A DNA stretch of 64,000 bases from the NCBI RefSeq assembly GCF_009914755.1, contig NC_060932.1. One strand, given 5' to 3'. Of this stretch, positions 23,641 through 34,885 are shown in pieces (the first letter of the stretch is position 1; each line of letters starts with the position of its first letter). A model generated the notes under the pieces. That model was not told the DNA's origin. It searched no databases and worked only from the letters and a program-made list of their open reading frames with translations. This DNA is from the human T2T-CHM13v2.0 reference genome, Homo sapiens. The position numbers and the translations under genes are program-made.

Positions 23641-25680
23641 CTGTGATTCCTGCCAGTCTCCTGTGGCTCCCTCCCCTTGGCTGCGTCCCAATTTCCCTTT
23701 GCAGATTGGCAGCCGAAGGCAGACATCACAGGAGAGGTCAGGGGCCAGGCAGGAAACAGCTCTCCTCATGGACCACCCAGCTGGCACAGAGTTCAGGACC
23801 AATTACTGTGTCCGCTCGGCTGGGTTTTTCCACCCTGTGTAGCCAACACTCCCAACCTTTCCTGGGGACCAGAGGTCACAGCTGAACCAATTAATTTGAA
23901 CCAGTCCGTTCCACGCTTAATAACTCCCCAGCACAGAGCCCCTCTCAGTGTCAGCCGTCTGTCTTCATTGGGTGGCTGATGGATTGGCGATGCTTTACTG
24001 TATTTTATTTTATTTTTTTCATCTGTCTTCTGCAGGGGTTGAGGTGACGAGGGGAGCATTGGTTTCCCTGGGGGAATAATTAAAGCTCTTTGGTGCTGAG
24101 CCAGATCTGACAAGACTAATGGTCCGTGTGAGCCAAGGCTCCATGAGTTGTATTAGCCAGAGAGTGGAGGAAGCCACAGCCGCTGCCACAGCCAGCCGCC
24201 ACAGCCAGCCACCATCAGGGCACCGAGGATGTGCGCGCCCTGGAGGACTTCAGGCTCAGAGCCATTCAGGGCCGGTGAGAAAGCTGAGGATGGCAGGTAC
24301 CTTCTCTCTATGAGTCATTGGTTGCCTCTGCCAACCAGAGACAATGATGGACATTTACATACTTCCAACGTCAGCATGAAGGGTGAGTGTGGAACGCCAC
24401 CTCTCTGCTGACCCATCTGCAGGGCAGTGAGATGGGCAGAGGCTGCCACTGGTCACTCACAAGTTCATTCAAGAATTAGCAGCTGAGGGCCAGACCCATG
24501 CCAGAGCCAGCGCAATAGAGAACCCCTGGCTCTCACTGTGGCAGCCCTCCAAGGTGCCCTCTCCTCCACCCGTCCGCCTGCCTGGGAGATGCTGAGAGTG
24601 AGTGAACCTGCCCCTGGGAAAGAGCCAGGACTCCTATGGGGGCTGCACGTGGGTGCCCCGCCTTGGCCACTGCTCCTGGCCACTTGAACTCTCTGGTAAG
24701 TGAAACGACACTTACACACTCTTGGAATGACGCCCCCTGAGAGATGCTGCTGATTCAAGGGTAGCTCAGAAAACTGGTCATCCAGACCTGAAGTTGGTCT
24801 CCTAATTTGACATAATGGAATAGAATAGAAAGAAGCCACACACGTGGTCCCGCAACATCTTAGTCCCTGAGAACCGCAGCGTTCCTCTCAGGGGCCATTT
24901 GTGCTCACCCCTAGTGCCGTGCGGGACACAACTGAATCATGTCTGAATATCGTTGCAGGGAATTTTTTCTGCTTATATCAACATACGGACCTCAGACTCA
25001 GGACTTGTCCTAAATTCTACCTTCTACGAAACCTGTAAGGGGATTAATTTATTTAAAATTCTAATTTAATTTCATTATACAAATACGCACTTCTGCATAT
25101 TTTTTGCATAAATGTGAGCATGTGCCGGCTTCTGGTGCAGTTTTCTTTCTCTTGTGTGACTCTCCCAAGCACTTCTTTCACCTCCTGACCCCAGAAGCAA
25201 CCGCTTCCCTGCTCTAAATGGTGATTTATGCCGGGCTGCGTGCACAGTGCGTCGCAGCCACACTGGCCTCCCCTCGCCTGATCTCATCTGATGCTCCTGA
25301 GGGCCTGCTGGAAGGCAGGGCGGGACTTGAAGGCATACTTCGCAGGAGGAGCATGGCTAGATAAGGGGAAACAGCTCCCCAGAGTCCACCAGCAGATCCC
25401 GGGAAGGCTGGACAGAGTCCAGGGCCGCAGGCTCCTTCAAGCCGTCTTCTAGAATAGACCGATGAAGAGGACTAGCACTTAACACCTTATGCGGTCCCTT
25501 GGGCAGCCTCCACGGAGCTTTGTGCAGAATTGTTCATCTCTCCAGCTGCAGCTATCTGAACATAGCATTAGACCAGATCCCGCCCCCTGGCATGGTTGTG
25601 TGGATGGGGTGAGACATAGTCTGCGCAGCCAGTGGGGAACGCCCTGTGGGAAGCCCCCAGGACACCAAGGCATGGCAGTG

Positions 25681-25893
25681 GTGTGATGATTCAAGAGGCA
25701 GCAGGTCTGGGTTGGGGCCTGGGAGTCTGCATTTCTAACAAGTCCAGGGGACGGGTGCCCTTTGCTCTTGGCCCAGAGTTGACATTTTGAGGAACCAAGG
25801 TTTAGCCGTACAGAAGGATTTTTTTGTTTGTTGGTTTTTTGGGCCGAGATGCCCCCAGGGCTTCCCATCCGGTTCATATGCCCTTTCCCCTGG
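25681..25893 (-). repeat. Left arm of local inverted duplication (copy of 26996-27206)
   Basis: Manual reverse-complement alignment gives about 15 differences in 213 bp; ORFs 25479..25877(-) and 27020..27217(+) share a near-identical peptide. Confidence 0.97.
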
Positions 25894-25956
25894 TCTCCCA
25901 GTACAGAGAAGCAAGGCTGCCTGCTCCCATGGCTTCTCTATACTGGGAGACCAGGG
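25888..25956. other. Fold-back hairpin: 25-bp stem, 19-nt loop
   Basis: ccctggtctcccagtacagagaagc / gcttctctatactgggagaccaggg; 24 of 25 positions are Watson-Crick pairs. Confidence 0.95.
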
Positions 25957-26789
25957 CCTTGTGTGCCCATGACATGATGCCCTGAACTTGTGAGGTCTTT
26001 AAGTGCTGTTTGACACGATGCTTTAGGTAAGGAAGAAATACTTGGCTGCTTAGTGGATAAAGTGTTTGCACCTGCCCTGGGCTTTTCTTTCTGTTATTGT
26101 CCTGTCTACTCAGTTGTCCATCCATTGACTGATGGATACACTGCTCCTTTGCTAGCTAGTTCTGCCTCCGAGCAAGAAGAGGTCGTCAAATGGCTGGAAC
26201 CTGGATCCCCTGCACTTACTCCCTCACCCACCTACCCCGGCCCCCAGCAGTGAGGCCCAGCAGAGGGCCCTTCCAGCAGGCGCCCAAGGGGTGCATCTCG
26301 CTGGGACTTTGACTCCAAGCGATGAATGGAGTCTGCCCTCGTGGTAGCAGGTAGGGCCACGTGGGAACCTTCCAGGCCCCTTCCTCATCTGATGGAAGGA
26401 TGCAGTGAAGTCAGCCCTGTGGCCAACCCCAGTACCCTCTCCCATGCACATGCCCCATCCTCAGCCTTTCTACATGGAGGATGAGGTAGCCTCTAGAATA
26501 GGAGCCAAGGGCAAATCTCTCCTTCAGCAGTGGGTGAGCTCCCCTAGAGCTAGGAGAGGGCAGGGACTGGCCTCCCTGGCTTTCCCTGGCAGGGCCAGGA
26601 GGGTAACCTCCCACAAGCAGGGCCCATGCCCAGGGGCCTGAGAGAGACGCCAGCCAAGGACAGGGAAGGCAGAGACAATGTTCCCTGCAGGATACGAGTC
26701 AACCTCTGCGGCCCCGCCAGCACCCCACATGGCAGCTGGTCTGAGCTCACACAGGGGCGGCAGTTGCCTGGATCAGCAGTATTGGCAGC

Positions 26790-27081
26790 CCAGGCTGGCC
26801 TGGTGGCAAGTTGGTGCTGGCTCTGGGCTGGGCCTTCTCTCACCCTCCAGGGTCAAGGCCAGAGCACCAGCTGCAAGACCTCAGGGCTCAGAAATCCCAC
26901 AAACTCACTTCTGCCCAATTATATGGGTCAAATCCAGCCCAGATGCAAGGGCTGGAGAAACAGACTTTACCTCCTGATGGGGAACTGGCTCCATCCCAAG
27001 GGAAAGGGCATATGAACTGATGGGAAGCCCTGGGAGCATCTCGGCGCAAAAAACAAACAAACAAACAAACCCTTCTGTACA
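26790..27081 (-). mobile_element. MaLR LTR fragment (old MLT1)
   Basis: 'tcacttctgcccaattatatgggtcaaatccagcccagatgcaagggctggagaaacagactttacctcctgatggg' matches reverse MLT1. Confidence 0.7.
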
Positions 27082-27206
27082 GCTAAACCTTGGCTCCTCA
27101 AAATGTCAAATGTGGGCCAAGAGCAAAGGGCACCCGTCCCCTGGACTTGTTAGAAATGAAGACTCCCAGGCCCCAACCCAGACCTGCTGCCTCGGAATCA
27201 TCACAC
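26996..27206 (+). repeat. Right arm (likely donor) of inverted duplication
   Basis: Same alignment as the left arm; contiguous with MLT1 on the left and MER5A on the right. Confidence 0.97.
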
Positions 27207-27262
27207 TAGCACCATGACCAGGTGACCCCTCCCTGCACACGTTAAGACCTGAGAGGTGCTGG
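27088..27262 (+). mobile_element. MER5A (hAT-Charlie)
   Basis: 'ctggacttgttagaaatgaagactcccaggccccaacccagacctgctg..gaatca' then 'ccaggtgac..tgcacacgttaagacctgaga'. Confidence 0.75.
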
Positions 27263-28079
27263 CCTCAGCTAAGCCTCCATCCGCCGAGGGCCCCCACCTC
27301 CATGCTGCAGACCAGGGTTCCTCTTTGTGAGGCCGGGCGACCTTCAGGCTGCTGTGAAGACGGCAGGGACTTGCTCGAGCCCGCCACAGCCCCCACCCTG
27401 GGGCAGCCATGACAGGGCCCCAGGCCCACTGCCCCTGTCCCCGCTGCCCTGCACCATGGCCTGGGCTAAGATCAGGGCTTAGCAGCGGGCGTGGTGCAGG
27501 CACAGCCCTGGGTCCAGCCTGATTTCCCCTTGGCCTTCTGAGAAGGAAGGAATCATGTCCCTCTCCCTCCAGAAAAGGTTCTGGGTCCTCTTTCACCAAA
27601 CCAACCACATGTGAGAAGAGAAACTCCAGAGAGAAGCCATTTGGACCCAGAGACTTTATCAAGTTGCTTGACACCTGTGAGTCCTTATCCCAGATGGCCT
27701 CATGCCCCTGTCAGCCGCTGGGGCCTGCAAGGGCCTCTGCCACACTGGGGTGCGAGGAGGGGATGTCCACGCCCAGCCTCCTGGGGTGATTTGCAGTGGC
27801 CATCAGTGAGTTCAGCTCTGTCCTTTGTCCTAACCACTTTCAGGCAGGAAGGCTTTCACCTTCTCCAGGGGGTCTTTGATGAAAGCATTCTGGGGAACAG
27901 GAGGCTACATCCATGCCCTCTCCCCCAGAAGCCCAGGGACAATGCACAGCAAGTGGGAAAAGCCACCTCCCGCGGACCAGAGATGCTTGAAACATGGGTG
28001 AGTTCAGTCCCTGCAGCCTGGGGCCCGCCCACTGCCCCGGCCCACATGGGTTACATCAGTGACCCTCAAGGGTTGGGGA

Positions 28080-28285
28080 CGGGGGCCTGTGAATGATGGC
28101 CCTCGGGCTGACCGAGACTGCAGCCTGTTTCCATAAGGTTTGATTGGAACGCAGGCATGCACCTTCATTCTCATGCATTCTGAGGCTTCTTTCACACAAC
28201 AGCAGAAAAGCTGAGACCATTTGGCCCACAGAACCTAAAATAGAGGACTATCTGGCCCTCTACAGAAAAAGTTTCCCGACTTGTG
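28080..28285. mobile_element. MER58A (hAT-Charlie)
   Basis: 'tggcccacagaacctaaaat..actatctggccctctacagaaaaagtttcccgac'. Confidence 0.8.
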
Positions 28286-28714
28286 ATTCAGAAGGCATAG
28301 GTTGCCCAGCCTCCCTGGACCACAGTGTGTCTGGATCCTTCCCCTTCTGATGCTTCTGTGGCCCCGCCTGGCTCCCTCTCACCTGTGCCCTCAGACAGAG
28401 CCAGCACCGCCCCCTCCATGGCTACTTCCTGCCCTGTCCTCACCATGGCTGGTGGGACATGGCACCACTGCTGCCCAGCCCATGCTGTATGGGAGGGCCC
28501 TCAGCAGGCCCTTGACACAGGCCAGTGACAGGCATGGAAGGACAGATCCAGGGGACTGTCGTCGGGGTTGAGAAAAGGATCGAGGGTCGGGATTTGGGTC
28601 AGCAAATCCCCAGGATCTGGGGTGAACCTTTGGTGCAAGTCCTGCCATCTGTTGTCATGGAAACCTTGAAGGGGGGCCGTCGCCAGCTCCACTGCCTTGC
28701 TGAGCATGGGGAAG

Positions 28715-28900
28715 ACAGTTGTGTGAAGAACCATGGAGCGTGGGCTCTGGAATTGCATGACCCGGGCTTAAATCTAAGGGGCCCGCTTTTAGCTGTTTGT
28801 GCACAGCCCAGCTTCTGCCTTTGTGAGACTGCAGCCTCTCTGTGCCTTGGGGTCTTCATCTGGGAATGGTGCAACCATTCTCCTGTATCTAGGACTTCCA
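28715..28900 (+). mobile_element. MIR fragment
   Basis: 'gagcgtgggctctggaa..cccgggcttaaatct...cctctctgtgccttggggtcttcatctg'. Confidence 0.6.
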
Positions 28901-29099
28901 GGAGGAGGGAGGGGGGGGTTGCAGTCCTAACGCACCTGGCAACTATTAAGCGTCAATCAGATATCAAGTCAATTGTAAATATTCTTGGAGGAAGCAGGAA
29001 AGTAAGTGACTAAGGAGCTGTGGACCCTTTGTGCTAAGGAGGGCACAGTAGCCTCCAGTGCATTTGTATCAAAACAGGCCTGGCTTCACTGGGCTGGCT

Positions 29100-29192
29100 A
29101 CAACAGCTGAGGCACGGAGCATTAAGTGACTTTTCCCAGGTCAGGTAGCAGTTTAATAGTGGAACTGGGATTTGAAATCCAGCTGTCTGGCT
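29100..29192 (-). mobile_element. MIR fragment
   Basis: 'ctgaggcacggagcattaagtgacttttcccaggtca..ggaactgggatttgaaatccagctgtctggct'. Confidence 0.7.
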
Positions 29193-29198
29193 ATTGGC

Positions 29199-29510
29199 CA
29201 GAGCTGTCCAAGAGAAATGCCAGTCACGTGTGTAATTTCAAATTTTCTAGTAGCTGCATTTAAAAAGGTAAAGAGAAGCAGGTGAAATTGATTTTAATAA
29301 TATATTTTATTGAATGTAGTATATCAAAAATAATATTTCAACATGTGATCCACATAAACACTGTTTGAGGCATTTGATAGTCTGTGCTTTGTATTAATTC
29401 TTCAAACTGAGGGATGTGTTTTACACTGCAGCCTCTTCTAGTTAGGAACAGCCACGTGCCCGGTGCCCAGCACCCTGCGTAGCTCAGGGCTGTCATGTGG
29501 GACAGGGCAG
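29199..29510. mobile_element. MER33-like hAT fossil
   Basis: 'gctgtccaa...taatttcaaattttctagtagctgcatttaaaaaggtaaa..aggtgaaattgattttaataatatatttta...ggacagggcag'. Confidence 0.8.
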
Positions 29511-29752
29511 GCCCAGCTGTGAGGGTGATGAACGCACACGTGCGAAGCAAAGTGAGTGAATGGGCAGGTGGATGCATAGATGAATAAACCGAATCACTTC
29601 CCATTTCCCACCTATCTCCCTGGCCCTCCCTGTCTAGCCTGGGCTCCCTTTGGTGGCATGGGTTCTCCCTAATTTGCCTTTGAGCCTCCGGAGTCTGTCC
29701 CAGGGGCTGGAGGCTGGTGGGTTCTCAGGAAGTGTTTGTGAACCAACACTGA

Positions 29753-30055
<303 letters not shown>

Positions 30056-31729
30056 CCACTGACGGAATCTCTAGTGCTGCCAGCCACCTCAATCCAAGGG
30101 GTGCCCCTGGCCTTGGCTCCCCCAGAACCCATACCCCAGGGTCTCAGGAGTATAAGACGTGTGCTCTACTCTGATTCCTGGGTGCGTCATTGGCTCTAGG
30201 ACAATTCATTACAGCACGGCGCAGGCTGTCTGAAACAGACATGCATGTAACATTTAGATTCTTTCTCCAGAAGCCTGCAGGTTCCACAATTCAATAAACA
30301 TCAGAGCAAAGGTTATTTTAAACTCCGCAGTTAAAATCGACGTGGTGATATATTGGTCTGATGACTCCTTTTATGAAATTACCTCTGAAATGTTATGTTT
30401 TCATTCTGGGAAACTCATTCCAGCTTTGTTCTTCCTTGAACTTTATAACTTACCCTGCAAACTGCTGTGTACCTGGCCACGGTTCTGGAAGTTTCTCTAG
30501 GGCCTGTGACCCCAGCTGATGGGGCCGTGGTGGAGGGGGGTGTGGCTGACAGCATCGGAGAGCTGCGGGCTTCTGTGTCAGCTGCTGTTCCTCGTCTGGG
30601 CTCACTGTGGGATGACACACGCCTGGCTTCCCTCCCCATAAGGCAGCCGAGCCCCCCACCCCCGCTGTTCTTCCAGGGACTCAAACCCACCACTCATCAT
30701 CACATCCCACATGTCAGGTTTTCTCCCCAGAGGCGCTGAGGATCATGATGAAAACCACCCCGGGGCTTTTCACAAGCTGCACTGGAGTCGACGGTGGAGA
30801 AGTTACAGACACGCAGTGTGTGTGTCACCTGCGGGCCGCTAATTAGAGCGCCGCTGACAGCCCAGAGATGGGGAGCTGGAGAGGCTGGGCGCGGGAGAGA
30901 GCCCAGGTGGGCTCCTGTGAGTTTAGGCCTGAGTGCTGCAGCGGAGCCAGCAAGAGCTCGGAATCACCCAGCTTTGTGGATCTGCCCTCCCCTTTGCCGT
31001 CCTCAGTCCAGCTCAGCCCTCGCCTCCTGGAGGAACCCAGCCCAGCTCGTCCCACAGCCCTGGGGCCTGCATCACCCTGGATGGACTGAAGTGGGTCTGA
31101 CCGCTGCTCCCTGCAGCTGGTTTCCACCAAGGTCACAGGATGCAGTGGAGGCCTGCAGGCCTGGGGCTTCTTCCTGCTTTGTTGGGTGGCCACTGACCGT
31201 GACCTCACAGGCTTCTGGCTCCCTGACCCTGGGGTGTCCTGAGCAGTGTGAGGTAGTGACACTCTTAGGGCTCCAGGAAACATGTATCCTCTCTCAGCAC
31301 ACCTGCTGTGGCCCATGGGGCTCTGTTCTGAGCTCCTGGTCATCTTCCTGACCGGGACAAGCCCAAATATCTGTGGTGGGGGGCTCCTCCGGAGCTCAGC
31401 CATGGGAGAAGGCGGTAGACCCAGATCAGCGTGGAGGACACCAGGTGAGCCTGGCTGAGCCTTCACCCTCTCAGATCCCAAAAGTGCCCAGGTCTCAAAT
31501 CCAGGGTAAGGTCCCAGGGAGTCAGGGAACTGATAGGGGAAAGCACTCAGCCTTGCAGGGCTTCGTCGCCTGGATGTGGATGAGACCAGCACACCACGTG
31601 GGGCAGCGAAGGCGCCAGGCCTGCTCTCCAACAGCATCCTTTGAATCAAGGGTCCTCACATTCTCTCTTGCTTCCCAACCCCCAGTATGCCCTCCTGTTT
31701 TCCATCTTATTATCTGCTCCCTCTTATCC

Positions 31730-31940
31730 CAGGGTTTTTCAGCCTCAGCACCACTGACATTTGGGACGGATCATTCTCCCTGCTGTGGCCACCCCATGCA
31801 CTGCAGGCAGCTGAGCAGCATCCTCGGCCTCCACCCGTGAGAGACCTGCACCACCCACCTCCGACGCCACCACCCAAAGCCTCTGCAGACACTTCCCGGT
31901 GTCCCCGGATGGCAAAACTGGCCTGTGGAGGACCAGCGAC
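31730..31940 (-). mobile_element. MER20 (hAT-Charlie)
   Basis: 'cagggtttttcagcctcagcaccactgacatttggga..gagcagcatcctcggcctccacccg..cagacacttcccggtgtcccc'. Confidence 0.8.
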
Positions 31941-32059
31941 CTGCCCCAGTGTTTACTGTGTGTGCAAATACTCTCTGAGCCCCTGTATGTGCCCGAGCTT
32001 GCCTGAGGTCTAGTGTGGCTGTGGCCAGTGGTGACACTAGAAAAAAACAGCAAACACGG

Positions 32060-32276
32060 GGCCTCGGCATGCACCAAACTGGGCCAGAACCCACCGCAGC
32101 CATGAGCTCTGGAACCCGCACTGCAAACATGAGACCTCACCGTGCACCAACCTGGGCTGGAACCCACTGCAGCCGTGAACTCTGGAACCCACACAGCAAA
32201 CATGAGGCCTCACCATGCACCAACCTGGGCTGGAACCCACTGCAGACGTGAACTCTGGAACCCACACAGCAAACAT
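32060..32276. repeat. 73-bp minisatellite, 3 copies
   Basis: 'ctctggaaccc' at 32107, 32180 and 32253. Confidence 0.93.
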
Positions 32277-32559
32277 TGGAGGGAAACACTGTCACTTCTA
32301 CTTTACAGGCATAAACACTGAAGTGCAGAGCATTTGGGTGCATCAGAATTTTAACTCTTCAGCCCTGCAGGCCTCGCTTTCAGACATTCTGCTTCAGTAG
32401 GGCTGGAAGGGGTCCTGGGGAGCCCCACTGCAGGGAACCAGAAACCAACTGGAAGAGCCGGTGTCCAGCAGGCCCCAGAGCTCCTCAGAGCCTCAGATGG
32501 GGTTGGAGGGCCTTCCCCTGCTCCATCCTTCCCCCAAATACTGGTTGTTCCTTTCATTC

Positions 32560-33170
32560 AATAGATGCTCAAATCTTACACAATTTAAACAGACATTCCT
32601 AAGAGCACTGTATTTGCATGTAATTTGACTGTTTTCTTGTAGTAGTTGTAAAAGGGGAAGGAAAATCTATTCCAGTTAATTGTAGGTTCTGTGGAACTGG
32701 AGTTAGATCACATCACTATTGAAACCAGCTTATTATTGATCGGAAATGTGACAGGCCTGGGTCCACGGGCACACGTGTTGCCAGAAGCCTTTGTCACTCC
32801 ATGGCTGACATCTCTGCATTGTTTTTCAGCTGGTAATTCCTTAAAAGACTGAGACAATAGTCATTTAATATCGTTTGCTCAAATGAACAGTTCCCCGAGC
32901 AAATAACAATAATAAAAAAAAGTCCCTGAGAAGCCAATTAGACTCTGCAGCTTGTACCAAGCAATGGCCTTTCTAATAGACGCCCTTTTTACAAGTGCAG
33001 CTGTGTCACCCAGATGAAAAATCAGGGCCCCTTTTGCTGCTGATATGTAAATAAATGCAGGCGATCGCATATGTAATAGCCCTGTTCCATCAGCGGGGTT
33101 TAGAAACCCGATAGGAATACTTCAGATAAAGGGGCAATTTATGGAAGAGATTTTCTAATGAGAATGAGGG
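32560..33170. promoter_or_regulatory. Candidate conserved enhancer-like element
   Basis: Apparently repeat-free AT-richer island with TTAATTG, TGACAG, CCAATTAG, TGTAAATAAA, AGATAA and TTTATGG motifs; conservation not tested. Confidence 0.45.
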
Positions 33171-33504
33171 ATAGGAGAGGCAGTGAGAAGACAGAGATCT
33201 CTGGGGTCAGGAAATGCAACCCAGCCCAGAGGCAGAGCTCAGCCTGGTGCCGGGAGACAAAGACCTTGGCCGACTGCTCTGTGCAAGGACGGCGGGGGCT
33301 CTCCTCGTGGGCTGCATCCCGCAAGCAGAGCAGCCATGGGGATTCTAACTTGGGGTGCACACATTCCTTTTAGATCCTGTAACCTCTGTGGCTTTCTCCC
33401 CGGAAAAGTGCACATATGTGCACACTGTTTTGTATATAGATCCAGGGGGCTCAAGGACCCTGAGACCCATCCTTGGGCCCTAGGTCAAGATCAAGAGCAT
33501 CTTT

Positions 33505-33715
33505 AGGGCTGGGGTCTCCACCAGGGTGGTTCTGCCCCTCTGGACGTGTGGCAATGTCTGGAGGCATTTGTGATTGTGCAGCTGGAGGGAAGGGGCCCTG
33601 GCATCTCGTTGGGGGAGGCCAGGTGTGCAGCTCAGCATCTCACAGGGCGCAGGACAGCCCCTATGCAAGGAAGGATCTGGCTCCAAATGTCAATAGCATT
33701 GAGACCGAAGCAGCC
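33505..33715 (+). mobile_element. MER20 (hAT-Charlie)
   Basis: 'tggcaatgtctggaggcatttgtgattgtgcagctgg..ctggcatctcgttgggggaggccagg..gcaggacagcccc..aaatgtcaatagc'. Confidence 0.85.
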
Positions 33716-34237
33716 TGCTCTGGGTGATCTGCCGGCAGCAGGGTCCCAGAGCACCCGTCTAACCACCCTGCATCTACAGATGAGGAAACCGAGGTCTGGA
33801 GTGGAGAAGGGACTTGCCCGGACCCCAGGTCTTGTTGATGGCAGAGGCAGCCCGGCGTCGAAGCCATGCTCCCAGCTGTCCGATAGCTGCTACCCAGCTG
33901 GGCTGCACCAGCCCCTCCTCAGCAGAGGTTCCTGGAGCCTCAGGCAACCCGCACAGGAGCTGTGAGGCCTCACTGGCCCCAGCTGTAAAGCAGAGGAAAC
34001 AGTTCCAGTGATTCCAGACCCACCACCAAATGCCAAGCCAGCTTTCAGCTGGGGCTTTGCCAGGGTTTCCTGACACAGAGAAAGAACAAGCCAGTGATTC
34101 CCTTCTGACTCTGCAATGGAGCCAGGCCACAGGCAGAGTGAGGGCCAGACTGCAGCTGGAGCAGGTAGGGCCAGGTCACCTTAGGCCACCAAGGAAGGCT
34201 CTACTAGGAACGGGCATTCCCGAGGACACTGGGGAAC

Positions 34238-34470
34238 TGGAGGGGAGGCCTAGGGAGGAAGGAGAGGCCTGGGGAGGAGGGGAGGTGGGGGAGGCCTAGG
34301 GAGGAGTGGCAGGCCTAGGGAGGAGGGGGCAGCCTAAGGAGGAGGGGAGGAGGAGGGGGAGGCCTAGGGAGGAGGAGGAGGCCTGAGGAGGAGGTGAGGA
34401 GGGGGAGGCCTAAGGAGGAGGGGGTGCCTAGGGTGGATGGCTAGACCTGAGGGTGGGAGGCCTGGGGGTG
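34238..34470. repeat. G-rich irregular repeat 'ggggaggcctagggagga'
   Basis: Direct read, roughly 10 degenerate units. Confidence 0.9.
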
Positions 34471-34832
34471 TCATGAGGAAGGCTTCAGTGGGGGTGGAGG
34501 TGTGTTGGGGTAGATTGGTCTGCAGGGCACTGCCAGCCATGGCTGAGCCTCCATCTCCCTCACCCCCTGTGGGGAGAGCTGGTCAGATGGCTCCGTGTGG
34601 GCAGGGACAGCCTCTGGGTGGGATGCTCCATGGCCATGGAGCTCTGTGCTGGTGGGTAGGCTCTGGCCCTGAGTGCGGAGCCACCTTCCCTGCCCACCAT
34701 TGGCCTTCCCTGCAGTCAGCTGACAGCTGTGCCTAGCGACAGGGTCCTGGGATCTAGTGGCCACAGTCTACCTGGAACCGGCAAGGTCTATGCCCGGCTC
34801 TCCATCCACAGAGTCCCACAGAGAGAGTGCTC

Positions 34833-34885
34833 TCAGACACCCCTCACCGCCCAGGCCAGGAGTCAGACACCCCTTACCGCCCAGG
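34833..34885. repeat. 30-bp-period tandem duplication
   Basis: 'tcagacacccct(c/t)accgcccagg' x2. Confidence 0.85.

Noticed and set aside
25479-27217. Two ORFs encoding near-identical peptides as paralogous genes
   Set aside because: A by-product of the inverted duplication of MLT1/MER5A-derived DNA.
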